The notes under the pieces were generated by a model. That model saw only the letters and a list, made by a program, of their open reading frames with translations, was not told the origin of the DNA and made no database searches. Source: Planctomycetota bacterium (GTDB lineage: Bacteria > Planctomycetota > Planctomycetia > Pirellulales > Lacipirellulaceae). From it: a stretch of DNA of 64,000 nucleotides. Below are positions 28,618 to 39,011 of this stretch, piece by piece (within the stretch, counting starts at the first letter, position 1; every line of letters starts with the position of its first letter). The translations under genes were made by a program, and so were the position numbers. The stretch spans positions 11,223 to 75,222 of the forward strand of contig JBCCXZ010000011.1 in NCBI GenBank assembly GCA_039190745.1. Reading direction: 5' to 3'.

Positions 28618-28715
28618 AAGGTGGCAGCCGACAGCTTCAGCGAACGGCTCAGGACACCACTACCGTCCACACCGCTGCCGGCTGCCAGGGGCAGGGGTCG
28701 TCTTCAAGGGGAGCG

Positions 28716-30494
28716 CTACTCGGTCTGCGGGGAGGACATCTCGAACACCAGCTTGGCGGGCGGGATCTGCGACCCGATGTTGCGGAAGGCGTCGATGAGC
28801 TGGGATTCCATCTCGGCGACGGTCGAGCCGCCGGGGACGTCGATGAAGATGCCCCCGCCGGCGAAGGCGATCGCACGCATCAGGCTGCGGTCGGCCCCCG
28901 AACCCACCGCCAGGGTGTGGAGCGTGATGCCCCGCTTGGCGGCTTCGGTGGCCTCGTAGAAGGAATACTGCTTTTTCCAGTCGCTGGTGCTGTAGTCGGC
29001 CGAGCCGTCGCCGTCGTAGTCGGTCCAGTCGACCCAGCTGAAGCCCGCGGGCATGCTCCAGCCCGACGGGCCTTGGTTGGTTTGGCCGTCGGTCATGATG
29101 AGCATGGTGGGCCGGGCCCCGTAGCGGACGTGGCCCTCGTCTTCCTCATCATCGGCGACGCCCACCAGCAGCTCGCGGGCCTTGAGGATGCCGTCGCCCA
29201 TGCCGGTCCAGGCGTTGTAGTGCCCGGCCTGGTGGCGGCGTTGGATCTCGTTGACTGTGTCGTACTCGGCCGTGATCGGGTTCTCGGTGATGTCGATCGA
29301 GACCTCGCCGTCGTTGTGGGTCATCTCTTGCACGGCGTAGGCGCCGTAGCTGACTAGGCCGACCTCGTCGCCGAAGTCGATCTCTTCGAGGAAGTCGAGG
29401 AAGAGCGTTGTGCCGTCCTTGATCGCGTGGAACGGGTAGTGGGGCGTACGCCACAGGTCTTCGGAGTGCGAGGCGGAGTACCGCTTCTCTTGGAGGTAGT
29501 CCATGAGCGTGCGGTAGCCGTATTTTCTCTTGTAGGGGCCTTTGAGGTTCTTGACATAGTTGATGTACTCCCGCCAGCGGGTGCGGCTGGTGTTCTCGTT
29601 GGGCTTGGATTTGGGCTGCCCGCTGGAGTGCCGACCGGCCTGGGGGAAGGGGTACTTCAGCTGCCCGTTGGAGTACTTTTCGCTGAAGTCGAGGACGGCG
29701 TAGATGTAGTCGGTGTCGGAGCTGTTGATGTGCATGCCCTCGTACGAGTCGAGGTCTCCGAAGCCGTTCTCCAGGAACTTGCTCTGGTTCGTGCCGGGCC
29801 ACTTGGGGTCGGCCTCGATGAGGGCGTCCCACATGCCGTCGAGCGACTGTTCGACCTGCGCTTGGCCGAGGCTGTTGATGGAGCGGAGGCAGCTGTCGTC
29901 GTTCATCGAGCCAGAGAAGTCGAGCACCACAACCAGGTCGCGGGCTTCGAGGAAGGCGGTCGCGGAGGTCTGGATGGGCACGTGGCTGCGGTTGACGGCC
30001 CAGCCGAACGCGAGCGGCAGTTCGCCGTCGGGCAGCGTGATGTCTGATTCGGTCCGCCGGGCGGTGACGCGGACGACGTTGTAGGGGGCCGAGTCCCACT
30101 CGATGGGCCAGGAGCCTGTTGCGCTGTCGAACTTGCGTTTGCCGAACTGGACGTCGGTCTCTGCGTCGACGTAGACGCCGTTGGCTTCGGCGACGAGTGC
30201 GGCCATTTGTTTGGCGGCCTCGACGGCGATCGAGTTGGCGTCGATGCTGGCCGACCCCCCGCCCTGCCCCGCGATTTTGACCGCTTCGTTGATCTCGGTT
30301 GCGGCCGCGAGCGCCGCGGCGTCAACGGCGTTCTGCATCTGGGTTTCGGTGAGCACGATCCGGCCGGTGTCGACCGAGAGGGCAACAAAGGCGAAGAGGA
30401 TCGTCAGGCAGAAGCCGGTGAGCACGGTGATGATGCCGCGTCGGCCTTCGCGGTCCGCTGTTCGGCCGCGGGTTGTTTGGTGGAACTGTTGCAT
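28716..30494 (-). CDS. TadG-like pilus-associated protein with vWA domain
   Basis: RRG-hydrophobic helix, Q.AVDAAALAAA, MIDAS-like DFSGSM, T.MGDGI and MTDG motifs. Confidence 0.88.
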   Translation of the reverse strand: MQQFHQTTRGRTADREGRRGIITVLTGFCLTILFAFVALSVDTGRIVLTETQMQNAVDAAALAAATEINEAVKIAGQGGGSASIDANSIAVEAAKQMAALVAEANGVYVDAETDVQFGKRKFDSATGSWPIEWDSAPYNVVRVTARRTESDITLPDGELPLAFGWAVNRSHVPIQTSATAFLEARDLVVVLDFSGSMNDDSCLRSINSLGQAQVEQSLDGMWDALIEADPKWPGTNQSKFLENGFGDLDSYEGMHINSSDTDYIYAVLDFSEKYSNGQLKYPFPQAGRHSSGQPKSKPNENTSRTRWREYINYVKNLKGPYKRKYGYRTLMDYLQEKRYSASHSEDLWRTPHYPFHAIKDGTTLFLDFLEEIDFGDEVGLVSYGAYAVQEMTHNDGEVSIDITENPITAEYDTVNEIQRRHQAGHYNAWTGMGDGILKARELLVGVADDEEDEGHVRYGARPTMLIMTDGQTNQGPSGWSMPAGFSWVDWTDYDGDGSADYSTSDWKKQYSFYEATEAAKRGITLHTLAVGSGADRSLMRAIAFAGGGIFIDVPGGSTVAEMESQLIDAFRNIGSQIPPAKLVFEMSSPQTE

Positions 30495-30563
30495 GAGGAC
30501 CCTTCCGTTAGCGACGCGTGGGCGGTGTGTCTGTGTGGGCTGGAGCTGAGGCGGCGGTTTGGG

Positions 30564-31052
30564 TTAGTCGGAGAGTGTGGCGCGTCCGTTGCGGAAGGTG
30601 ACCGTTGCGTCGAGCGGGAAGTCGCTCGACTCGGGCACGGGGGTGAAGCTCATTTCCGAGTAGTCGATCGCCACGGTCACGTCGAACAGCTCGAGTTCGT
30701 TGGCGGGGTCGTCGAGATCGAAATCGGTGTTGGGGTCGTCGTGCTCGGTGATCGAGACGTCCACCTTGTCGGGCGGCACTCCCTGGGCGCCGAGAAAGGT
30801 TTTCACGTCGGCGACGATCTTGTCGTTGGTGGTCTCGCCGGGGGCGAGCATGTCGGTTTTGTCGACGCTGGCGAACCGCGCCCCCTCGCGTGCGGCCGAG
30901 TGGAGCAGGTTCTGCGACTCGTACATCCGGGAGACCTCGATGGTACCCATCGCGATGGTCACCAGCACCGGGGCCATGAAGGCGAATTCGACTGCGACGG
31001 CCCCCCGGCGGTCGGCGTACTGCTTCGGTCGTCTGGCTGTCTGTCGCTTCAT
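30564..31052 (-). CDS. TadE-family pseudopilin
   Basis: RRGAVAVEFA...AAREGAR. Confidence 0.9.
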   Translation of the reverse strand: MKRQTARRPKQYADRRGAVAVEFAFMAPVLVTIAMGTIEVSRMYESQNLLHSAAREGARFASVDKTDMLAPGETTNDKIVADVKTFLGAQGVPPDKVDVSITEHDDPNTDFDLDDPANELELFDVTVAIDYSEMSFTPVPESSDFPLDATVTFRNGRATLSD

Positions 31053-31087
31053 TGCGTGGACTCGCTGCGGTTGGTTGGCGTCGGTAG

Positions 31088-31582
31088 CTACTCGTGGCGC
31101 ATGAACGCCTGGGCGTCGAGGGTGACGGATTTGAGGAACGGCATCGGCACGATCGCGATCGAGTTGTAGGGCACGCTGGCGCGGACCACGAACAACTGCC
31201 GCGGCTCGGCCTCGGAGAGTTCGATGTTGGGCATAGCCTCGATAGCGGCGCCGGAGTCGGGGGCGGCTCCGGCGTCGACCGTCGAGGCGTCTTTCACGAA
31301 AGTCGAGAGCGCGTCGGGGTCGATGGCGGCGCTGAGCACCTGATCGACGTGGGCGGTGACGTCGGCGGTGGTGGTGCCCTCGACTGAGCCGAGGCGGGCG
31401 GCGTTGCGGCAGCCGCTGGCGAGCAGGTTGTTGATCAACTGCGCGTGGCCGAACTCGAAGATCGCGAAGAGCAGCAGCAGGAACACGGGCAGGACCACCG
31501 CCGTCTCGACGATGCTGGTCCCCCGCCTGCTGCGCGCTTTGGCGGCGCAGAGCCTTCGGTGGTAGCGTTCCCTACGCTTCAC
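31088..31582 (-). CDS. TadE-family pseudopilin
   Basis: RRGTSIVETAVVLP...EFG...CRNAAR; start uncertain (GTG 31582 chosen). Confidence 0.88.
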   Translation of the reverse strand: MKRRERYHRRLCAAKARSRRGTSIVETAVVLPVFLLLLFAIFEFGHAQLINNLLASGCRNAARLGSVEGTTTADVTAHVDQVLSAAIDPDALSTFVKDASTVDAGAAPDSGAAIEAMPNIELSEAEPRQLFVVRASVPYNSIAIVPMPFLKSVTLDAQAFMRHE

Positions 31583-31809
31583 GGGCTGCCTCGCTCGTAG
31601 CCGCGCGGGCCCGCCCAGGTAGGCGTTGTCACGCGGCGGCAATCAACGGAATCGTCAGTGAGATAAGGGCGTCGGCAGGCACGTTGCCGGCCGAGACCAG
31701 GCCGAATAGGGCCTTGTCCGTTGAAAGCCTACGTTACGCAACGGGGGCGTGACGGTTCGGAAGGAACCGGAGAGAGATTTTTTTGCCGGCGGCGCCGGCT
31801 GTGCTGGCG

Positions 31810-34488
31810 TTACATCTGGCTCAGCAGCCAGAGGGCCCCGGTGAACTGACGCTTCGAGACGGTGACGGCGAGCTCTCCGAAGTCGTAGTCTGTTGCGTTT
31901 TCGCCACTGCCGAGCTCGACGCCTAGGACGAGGTCTTTCACCTCGGCGTCGGTGAGGTTCTGCGGCACGAGGAACGGCCCGGGGTTGGTGCCGAGTCTGC
32001 CGCCGCTGGTGCCGATGGTCTCTTCGCCGTCGTCAAAGAAGGAGGGCTGGGTTTCGAGGACGCGGTAGGTGCCGGGCATGAGGTCCTCGAAGAGGTAGTC
32101 GCCCTGGGCGTTGGTGGTCGTGGTGCGGGTGACTGCGGCGCCGGTCATGTCGAGGCCGCTGAGCTCGACCTGCACGTTGGCGATCGGGCGTTCCCCGGGG
32201 TCGCGCTGGCCGTTCTTGTTCGTGTCGACGTAGACGTTGCCGCCGAGGCTCGCGGGGTCGACGCGCACGAGTGTCGGCTCGGTGGCGACGTTGTTGTTGT
32301 AGGTGGTCTCGGTTTCGTTGCCGGCGACCTCGACGGTGTTGAGGAGCTGCCCGACGAAAGCTGGGTCGACACGGACGTCGACGGTGACCGAGGTCTGACC
32401 GCCCCGGGCGAGGTCGCCGACCGAGAAGACGATCTGGTCGCCGGAGGCGCTCACCGGCGTCTGCGAGGCGCTGACGAACATCACCTCGGGCGGCAGCGTA
32501 TCGGTGAGGGTGACGCCCGTCGCGTTCGATGGGCCGTTGTTGACGGCGGTGATGGTGTAGCTGAACACGGCCCCCGGCTCGACGGGGTCCTGGCTGTCGA
32601 TTTTCTGGACCGTGAGGTCGATCCGCGGGGTGACGGTGGTGACCGCGTCGTCGGTGTTGTTCGAGAGGTCGATCTCTTTGGGGGCGTTGACGGTGGCTTC
32701 GTTGACGAGCGTGCCCAGTGTGAGGGCGTCGATCGTCGCGGTGAAGGTCACGACGACGGACGCGCCCGGAGCGATCGTGCCGAGGCTCGATGAAAGCTGC
32801 CCCGCGGAGTGGGTCACTACGGCGCCGGTCGAGGTGCTGCCGGAAACGTAGGTGACCCCGGCGGGCAGAGCGTCGCTGAAGATGGCGTTCTCTGCGGCGG
32901 ACGGGCCGGCGTTGGTGATCGTCACCGTGTAGGTGAGCGTCTCTAGGGGCGCGGCCTGCGCCTTGTCGACGTCTTTGACCAGCTCGAGGTCGAAGCCGAA
33001 GAAGCCGAAGTCGACCGACAGGTTCGAGCTGGGGTTGGCGTCTCCGTCGGTGATGGGTTCGCTGCCGGCGACGAGGGTGACGGCCCGGCTGACGACGCCG
33101 GCCCCGGCCAGCGGCGTGCCGTTGTCGTCGAGGTCGACGTCGTTGTCGGGGTCGGCGGCCGTGCCGCTGCTGGAGACCAAGCCGTCGAGGGCGGCGCCGG
33201 CGTTGAAGTTCTGCTGGGCGACCTGCACGACGTAGTCGCCGGGCAGGAGGCCGGCGAAGAGGTAGTTGCCCTGGGAGTCGGTGGTGTCGCTGGCGACGAG
33301 CGCGTCGACGCCGGAGGTGAACTGGCCGTCGGCGTTGGTGTCGGCGTAGAGGTTGACCGCGACGCCGGGGATGCCGGCCTCACCGGGCTGGCGAACGCCG
33401 TCGTCGTTGGCGTCCACCCAGACGTTGTTGCCGAGGGTGAGCTCGGGGGCGGCGGTGAAGTCGGCGGTCTTGGTGGCCCGGCCGACCAGCCCGATGAGCG
33501 AGACCTGCCCGTCGAGCGCGGAGACGCCCTCGAAGTTCAGCTCGAGGGCCCCGACGTTGCTGAAGTCGGCGCCGCTGCCGCTGGTGGCGACGGGGGCGTC
33601 GTCGAAGCGGAAGACGGCCTGGCCGACGGCGGCTCCGCCGACCGACTCGGGCACGAGCGTGACGAATTCCGACCAGTTGTTGGCGTCGGTGTAGATGCGG
33701 AGCTTGATCTGTGCGTTGGGGTGGTCGGCGCCGCTTGTCAGAGCGATACCGGTCATCGTGTTGCCCTCGTGCTGGGTGAGGTCGACGCCCCCCAGCCCGG
33801 TGGGGTTGATGGCGAGCCCGTTGCCGTCGGCTCCGTCCCAGACGATCTTGGCGTTGCCGGTAACGGTGGGGTCGCTGGAGAGCCAGAGCAGCCCCCCTCC
33901 GCTGGCGAGCCCGACCGACGCGATGGGCGAGGCTCCTTCGGTGAGCTCGACGTAGAGGTCGCGTTCGCCGCCGAGCACGTTGGGGTCGAGCAGCGACTTC
34001 GGTTCGCTGGAGGGCAGCGGCGGGGAGGCTTCGACGAACTGGTTGGTGGTGAAGCCGTCGATCGTCTGGCCGAGGATGCCGTCGGCCTCGGCCGCGGAGA
34101 CGTTCACCTCGCGGACGTCCTGGCCGGGTTGGAACTGCGTGCCGGCGGGCGGGGTGACGCGGACGAAGTACTTGCCGGCGCCGACGCCGCTGAATTGATA
34201 TTTCCCGGAGGCGTCGGTGCTGGTGGTGGTGACCACCGAGTCGTCGCCGCCGAAGACTCCGTTCCCGCCGTCGCGGAAGAGGGCGACGCTGGCCCCAACG
34301 ACGGGCGCGTCGTTGGCGGGGTTGCCGTCCCCCTGCAGGTCGCTGAGGACCGAGCCGACCACTTCGGCGGCGTCGCCCGCTAGCATCTGGCGCGGCTCGA
34401 GCCGCTCGAACGCCAGCTTGTTCGATGTCAGAGGTGATGCAGCGTTCTTGCTGCGCAGGGGTTTCTTGCCGCGATCGTGAGACGACAT
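31810..34488 (-). CDS. Surface protein with SdrD-B-like and DUF11 repeats and an N-terminal LEPR-xLL-type motif
   Basis: FERLEPRQMLAGD; LGNNVWVD.NDDG..., TTD..G.Y.F..L.PG.Y, and YTVTITNAGPS repeats. Confidence 0.88.
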   Translation of the reverse strand: MSSHDRGKKPLRSKNAASPLTSNKLAFERLEPRQMLAGDAAEVVGSVLSDLQGDGNPANDAPVVGASVALFRDGGNGVFGGDDSVVTTTSTDASGKYQFSGVGAGKYFVRVTPPAGTQFQPGQDVREVNVSAAEADGILGQTIDGFTTNQFVEASPPLPSSEPKSLLDPNVLGGERDLYVELTEGASPIASVGLASGGGLLWLSSDPTVTGNAKIVWDGADGNGLAINPTGLGGVDLTQHEGNTMTGIALTSGADHPNAQIKLRIYTDANNWSEFVTLVPESVGGAAVGQAVFRFDDAPVATSGSGADFSNVGALELNFEGVSALDGQVSLIGLVGRATKTADFTAAPELTLGNNVWVDANDDGVRQPGEAGIPGVAVNLYADTNADGQFTSGVDALVASDTTDSQGNYLFAGLLPGDYVVQVAQQNFNAGAALDGLVSSSGTAADPDNDVDLDDNGTPLAGAGVVSRAVTLVAGSEPITDGDANPSSNLSVDFGFFGFDLELVKDVDKAQAAPLETLTYTVTITNAGPSAAENAIFSDALPAGVTYVSGSTSTGAVVTHSAGQLSSSLGTIAPGASVVVTFTATIDALTLGTLVNEATVNAPKEIDLSNNTDDAVTTVTPRIDLTVQKIDSQDPVEPGAVFSYTITAVNNGPSNATGVTLTDTLPPEVMFVSASQTPVSASGDQIVFSVGDLARGGQTSVTVDVRVDPAFVGQLLNTVEVAGNETETTYNNNVATEPTLVRVDPASLGGNVYVDTNKNGQRDPGERPIANVQVELSGLDMTGAAVTRTTTTNAQGDYLFEDLMPGTYRVLETQPSFFDDGEETIGTSGGRLGTNPGPFLVPQNLTDAEVKDLVLGVELGSGENATDYDFGELAVTVSKRQFTGALWLLSQM

Positions 34489-34583
34489 GGCTGCAACCTC
34501 GACCTGATTCGTCCGTGAACTGATGGAAGTGCTAGCGCGGATTGGCCGGCACGAGGAGTTCTTCCTTCAGTTCATCGGCACGA

Positions 34584-36395
34584 TCACCAGTCGAGGTGAA
34601 GCCCGAAACGGAGCCCGTGGGCGTAGAGATCGCTTTTTACGAAGAGGGGCTCGGGGCGCAACGGGAACGTGGGCAAGATCGTGGGCGGGATCAGGTCTGG
34701 ATTGATCTCGCGGTCGATCTGATCCCCGGGGCGGACGACGGGCGTGAGGTAGATCAGCGAGTAGCCGGCGGTCACGCGGAGCCGCTGCGTGACAGAGTAG
34801 CCGAGCGTGGCGCCGATCTCCGGCAGGACCGCGAAGTCGTCGCCTTTGTAGGTACCGATGTTCGAGACTTGCGTGAGCAGCCCCCCGGGGTCGGGCGGGA
34901 GGCTGTCGTTGGTGGTCTGGCCGAAGATGGTGATCTGCTGGCTGACGTTGCCGATGGCGAGCTTCGAGAGCAGCTCGAACGACCAGCGTCGCCAAAGCCA
35001 CTCGGAGACGAAGCCGACCTCGGCGCCGTTGAATTGGTTGTTCGTCTCGAAGCGGTCTAGCACCGTGATGTTTTGTACGGCGCCGCCGATGGGCTGCAGG
35101 TCTTCGAAGACTTGCAGGTACTCGTCGAGCTCGGCGTAGCGGTAGCCGATGAGGAAGTCGGTCTTGCGGGCCGGGCGGCCGGCGGAGACGACCGATCCGC
35201 AGCCGACGCCGTCGCTGCATCCCACGCAGTCGCCGCAGGCGAGGAAGCTGCGGTCTTCGCAGCAGACCGGCAGGCGGAGGTGGACGCCGGCCATGAGGAA
35301 TTCGCTCTGCGAGTTGACGGTGACGCTGCCGCTGACGACGTCGGGGAACGAGACGAACTGAGCGTCCTCGATCGGGGGGCCGACCTCGGCGATGTCGCCG
35401 TCGTTGTCGACATCGGTGATGTCGGGCGGGACCAGGTTGAAGAACGGGCGTGAGATAATGGGGTTGCCGTTGACGCCCGAGGCGAAGAAGGTCTCGGTCT
35501 CTTCGCCGAAGATGGTGTAGTCGCCCTCGATGGCCCAATCGCCGATCCAGGTTCCGAGCGTGACGCGGGCCCCGCTGCGCGCGTCTTCGTCGAGGATTTC
35601 GTTGCCGCCGTACAGTATTTGTGTGGTCGGTCGGTCCAGCAGTGTCTGGCCGCTGCCGGGCATCGGCAGGGCGCCGAGGTCGTCCGGGTCGGTGGCGGTG
35701 GTCACCAGGGGCGGGGTGTCGAAGCCGTTGAACCACCAGAGCGCGTACTCGAACCGGGAGTAAAACCGCGGCCTTGAGCGGGGGTCTGCGGGCGTGTAGC
35801 CGGTCCCGGCGTGGATGCGGCTGGGCCCACGGAGGTCGATGCCCCCGTCGATGCCCCCGTCGAGGAACACGGGGTCTGAGCCCTCGGGCACAACAAGCCC
35901 GTCGATGCTTTCGGGGGCGCTCTTGGCCCCAGCGATTTCCTCGGCGGCCTGGGTGAGGAGGATGTCGTCGCCCGGGACCGACCGGCGAGAACGGGGCAGG
36001 TCGAGCTGGGAGGCCAGGAGGATGTCGCCCGTGTCGTGTCGGACGGTGACCTGTTTACCGATGCGGGACTCCAGGTCGATGCCCTCGACGGGCTCGACAT
36101 AGCGGAGGACGCCGCCGTAGCGGTCGACCAGGACGTAGGGCGCCAGGCCGACATCGTCGGCGGCTCCTCGGGCGAGGGTCGCGGTCAGGCTGGGACGGGG
36201 CTTGCGCTTGGGGCGTTTAGGCCGCGCGGCTGTTTTCGCCTTCGCGCTCGCGGGCGGGTCGGGCTCGAAGAGGGAGTCGAACATCTCGGCCGCAACGGCG
36301 TCGGCGCCGGTGGTTTGTGCCGAGGACAGGCCGGCCAGCAGCAGGCAGCAGATGGCCGCCCAGGCTGCGGTCGCAGCGGTTCGTAACACGTTCAT
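34584..36395 (-). CDS. BBP7-type outer-membrane beta-barrel protein
   Basis: EYALWW...PPLVT, LIGYRY..L.E, D.F.T.N.F.G, KLAIGN, GYSLIY...V.RPGDQID and terminal HGLRFGLHLDW. Confidence 0.85.
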   Translation of the reverse strand: MNVLRTAATAAWAAICCLLLAGLSSAQTTGADAVAAEMFDSLFEPDPPASAKAKTAARPKRPKRKPRPSLTATLARGAADDVGLAPYVLVDRYGGVLRYVEPVEGIDLESRIGKQVTVRHDTGDILLASQLDLPRSRRSVPGDDILLTQAAEEIAGAKSAPESIDGLVVPEGSDPVFLDGGIDGGIDLRGPSRIHAGTGYTPADPRSRPRFYSRFEYALWWFNGFDTPPLVTTATDPDDLGALPMPGSGQTLLDRPTTQILYGGNEILDEDARSGARVTLGTWIGDWAIEGDYTIFGEETETFFASGVNGNPIISRPFFNLVPPDITDVDNDGDIAEVGPPIEDAQFVSFPDVVSGSVTVNSQSEFLMAGVHLRLPVCCEDRSFLACGDCVGCSDGVGCGSVVSAGRPARKTDFLIGYRYAELDEYLQVFEDLQPIGGAVQNITVLDRFETNNQFNGAEVGFVSEWLWRRWSFELLSKLAIGNVSQQITIFGQTTNDSLPPDPGGLLTQVSNIGTYKGDDFAVLPEIGATLGYSVTQRLRVTAGYSLIYLTPVVRPGDQIDREINPDLIPPTILPTFPLRPEPLFVKSDLYAHGLRFGLHLDW

Positions 36396-36647
36396 AGGTC
36401 GTCGCGTGCCGGCGGAAGCCCGCGGCGTGGTCGCCGCGCGCCGGGCCCTTGTAGAGGAGTATTTAAGCAGAAAAGAAACAAGTGCTGACGAGCGGCGGGG
36501 CTTGTAGCAGAGGCGCTCCGAGCCCCGCAAGACCAATCCGCCGCGGGGCAAGCGTTGCCTTCCCCGAACCGGCAGTCGATACTGGATGAAGAGTCACTAG
36601 GGTCGATGGCGGCCTTGGGGAGGCGCGACCACGAGAGCTAGCCGCAG

Positions 36648-37277
36648 ATGTGGCCCGATACCGACAAGACCGAGCAGCTGCTGAACGACGCCCGCGAGGG
36701 CCGGAGCGAGGCGGTCGACCGGCTGCTGGACCGCCACCGCGACGCGGTGCGGCGGATGATCGACCTGCGGATGGATCAGGTGCTCAAGCGTCGGGTCGAT
36801 GCTAGCGACATCGTGCAAGAGGTGATGATCGAGGCGAATCGTCGGCTAACGGACTACCTCGCCGACCCGGTAATGCCGTTCCACCTGTGGCTGCGTCAGA
36901 TGGCCAAAGACCGGCTGATCGACGCTCACCGCCGGCACCGGCAGACGGCCCGGCGGAGCATGGACCGCGAGCAGCCGCTCGCCGCCGCTTCGAACAGCGC
37001 GTCGGGACTGGACCTCTTGGGCCAGATCCGCGACCAGGAGCTTACGCCCGCCGCGGCGGCCACCTGGCGGGAGCTGCAGCGGCGGTTCAGCGAGGCGTGC
37101 GAGCAGCTCGAGCCGAAGGACCAGGAGATTGTTCTGATGCGGCACTTCGAGCACCTGACCAACAGCGAGGCGGCCGACGCATTGGAGCTGACTCCCCAGG
37201 CCGCGAGCATGCGGTACCTGCGCGCGATGCGTCGGCTGCGAGAGTTTATGGACGACGACTACCAACCGGAGTCTTAA
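36648..37277 (+). CDS. ECF sigma-70 factor (planctomycete type)
   Basis: RVDASDIVQE, FHLWLR..A.DRLIDAHRRH, region 4 EIVLMRHFE.L.N.EAA..L...AS.RY.RA. Confidence 0.93.
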   Translation: MWPDTDKTEQLLNDAREGRSEAVDRLLDRHRDAVRRMIDLRMDQVLKRRVDASDIVQEVMIEANRRLTDYLADPVMPFHLWLRQMAKDRLIDAHRRHRQTARRSMDREQPLAAASNSASGLDLLGQIRDQELTPAAAATWRELQRRFSEACEQLEPKDQEIVLMRHFEHLTNSEAADALELTPQAASMRYLRAMRRLREFMDDDYQPES

Positions 37278-37325
37278 CCCGCCTCCGCGTTTACCGGCTG
37301 CTTGATTCAGCAGCGCGAACTTTCG

Positions 37326-39011
37326 ATGTCTGAAGCCCCGCCACAAGCCGACCGCGAGACCCGGCTGGCCGACTTGCTGCAGTCGATCTCGGACATGCCC
37401 TCGGACAAGCGGCCGCCTCTGGAGCAGTTGGCCGAAGAGCACCCCGACTTGGCGGACGACCTCCGCGAGCTGTGGGGCACGATGATGGTGGTCGAGGCCG
37501 TCGCGCACCAGAGTCCGACAGTTACTTTAGACGACCAGCCGCCGCGGATTGCGGTGAGCGACGTGTTGCCCCCCGAGCGGCTCGGAGAATACGAGCTCTT
37601 GGAGATGCTGGGCCGCGGCGGCATGGGCGTCGTCTACCGGGCGCAGCAACGGTCGCTGCAGCGTGAGGTTGCGCTGAAGCTGATCCTCCAAGGCTCGGTG
37701 GCCCGCGACGACGAGCTGGCGCGGTTCCAGTCGGAGGCGGAGGCGGCCGCGGCGCTGGAGCACCCGAACATCGTGCCGATCTTCGAGGTCGGCGAGACGC
37801 AGGGCTGGCACTACATCGGCATGAAGCTCATCCGCGGCGAGAACCTCTCGCAGCGGCTTTCGCGCGGGCCGTTGCCCGAGCGGGAGGCGGCGTCTTTGAT
37901 CATCAAGGTCGCACGGGCGATCGAGTACGCCCATTCTCAGGGCGTGATCCACCGCGATTTGAAGCCGGCCAACATCCTGATCGACGAGGACGGCAACCCG
38001 CACGTCTCCGACTTTGGGTTGGCGAAGAAGCTCACCTCCGGGGCGTCGCTCACGCACACCGGCGAGGTGCTTGGCACCCCCGCGTACATGGCGCCCGAGC
38101 AGGCCGAGCGGGGCCGGGGGGAGATCGGCCCGCCGTGCGACGTGTTCAGCCTGGGGGCGATTCTCTACGCGTCGGTCACGGGCCGGCCTCCGTTCCAGGG
38201 GGCGACCGCGGTCGACACGCTGCTGGTGCTGCTGGAGCAAGACCCGCCCCCGCCGCGGCTCTTGAACCCCCAACTGACGCGCGACCTGGAGATGATCCTG
38301 CAGAAGTCGCTGCAGAAGCCCGTCGAGCTGCGCTACGCCTCGGCGGGGGCGTTGGCGGACGACCTGCGGGCGCACCTGGACGGGCTGCCGATCTCGGCGC
38401 GGAGCGGGCGTTTCGGACAGATCGTCAACAAGGTGTTCCGCGAGACGCACTACGCCAACGTGCTCGAGCGGTGGAGCGTCTTGTGGATGTGGCACGCGGT
38501 GGTGCTGCTGGTGATGTGCGTCGTGACGAACTGGTTCGATTTGATGCGCGACCGCTGGCCGCAGATGGACACGCCTTGGCCTTACCTGCTGTTGTGGGGC
38601 GGCGGGCTCGCGGTGTGGGCGCCGACCTTCTGGGCGCTACGCCGGCGGGGCGGCCCCGTAACCGCGGTGGAGCGGCACATCGCCCATGCGTGGGGCGCGA
38701 GCATCATCGGCGTGATCCTGCTGTTCGTGATAGAAGTCCAGCTCGGTATGGACGTGCTGGCGCTGTCGCCGGTGCTGGGCGTAGTGAACGGCATGGCGTT
38801 CACGGTGAAGGCCGGCATTCTTGGCGGCGCCTTCTACTTCTACGCCGCGGCCCTGTACGGGATGGCGATCGTGATGGCCTTCCTGCAGGCGGCCGAGATC
38901 CCCTACGGCGTCACGCTGTATGGGCTGGTGTCGGCGTCTTCGTTCTTCTTCCCCGGCTGGAAGTACTTCCGTCTGCGGAGGAAGCGGCAGGCGCGGGCGG
39001 GCAGGCCTTAG
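37326..39011 (+). CDS. Hanks-type Ser/Thr kinase with multi-TM C-terminus
   Basis: LGRGGMG, VALK, HRDLKPANIL, DFGLAK, GTPAYMAPE and DVFSLG motifs; about six C-terminal hydrophobic helices. Confidence 0.95.
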   Translation: MSEAPPQADRETRLADLLQSISDMPSDKRPPLEQLAEEHPDLADDLRELWGTMMVVEAVAHQSPTVTLDDQPPRIAVSDVLPPERLGEYELLEMLGRGGMGVVYRAQQRSLQREVALKLILQGSVARDDELARFQSEAEAAAALEHPNIVPIFEVGETQGWHYIGMKLIRGENLSQRLSRGPLPEREAASLIIKVARAIEYAHSQGVIHRDLKPANILIDEDGNPHVSDFGLAKKLTSGASLTHTGEVLGTPAYMAPEQAERGRGEIGPPCDVFSLGAILYASVTGRPPFQGATAVDTLLVLLEQDPPPPRLLNPQLTRDLEMILQKSLQKPVELRYASAGALADDLRAHLDGLPISARSGRFGQIVNKVFRETHYANVLERWSVLWMWHAVVLLVMCVVTNWFDLMRDRWPQMDTPWPYLLLWGGGLAVWAPTFWALRRRGGPVTAVERHIAHAWGASIIGVILLFVIEVQLGMDVLALSPVLGVVNGMAFTVKAGILGGAFYFYAAALYGMAIVMAFLQAAEIPYGVTLYGLVSASSFFFPGWKYFRLRRKRQARAGRP

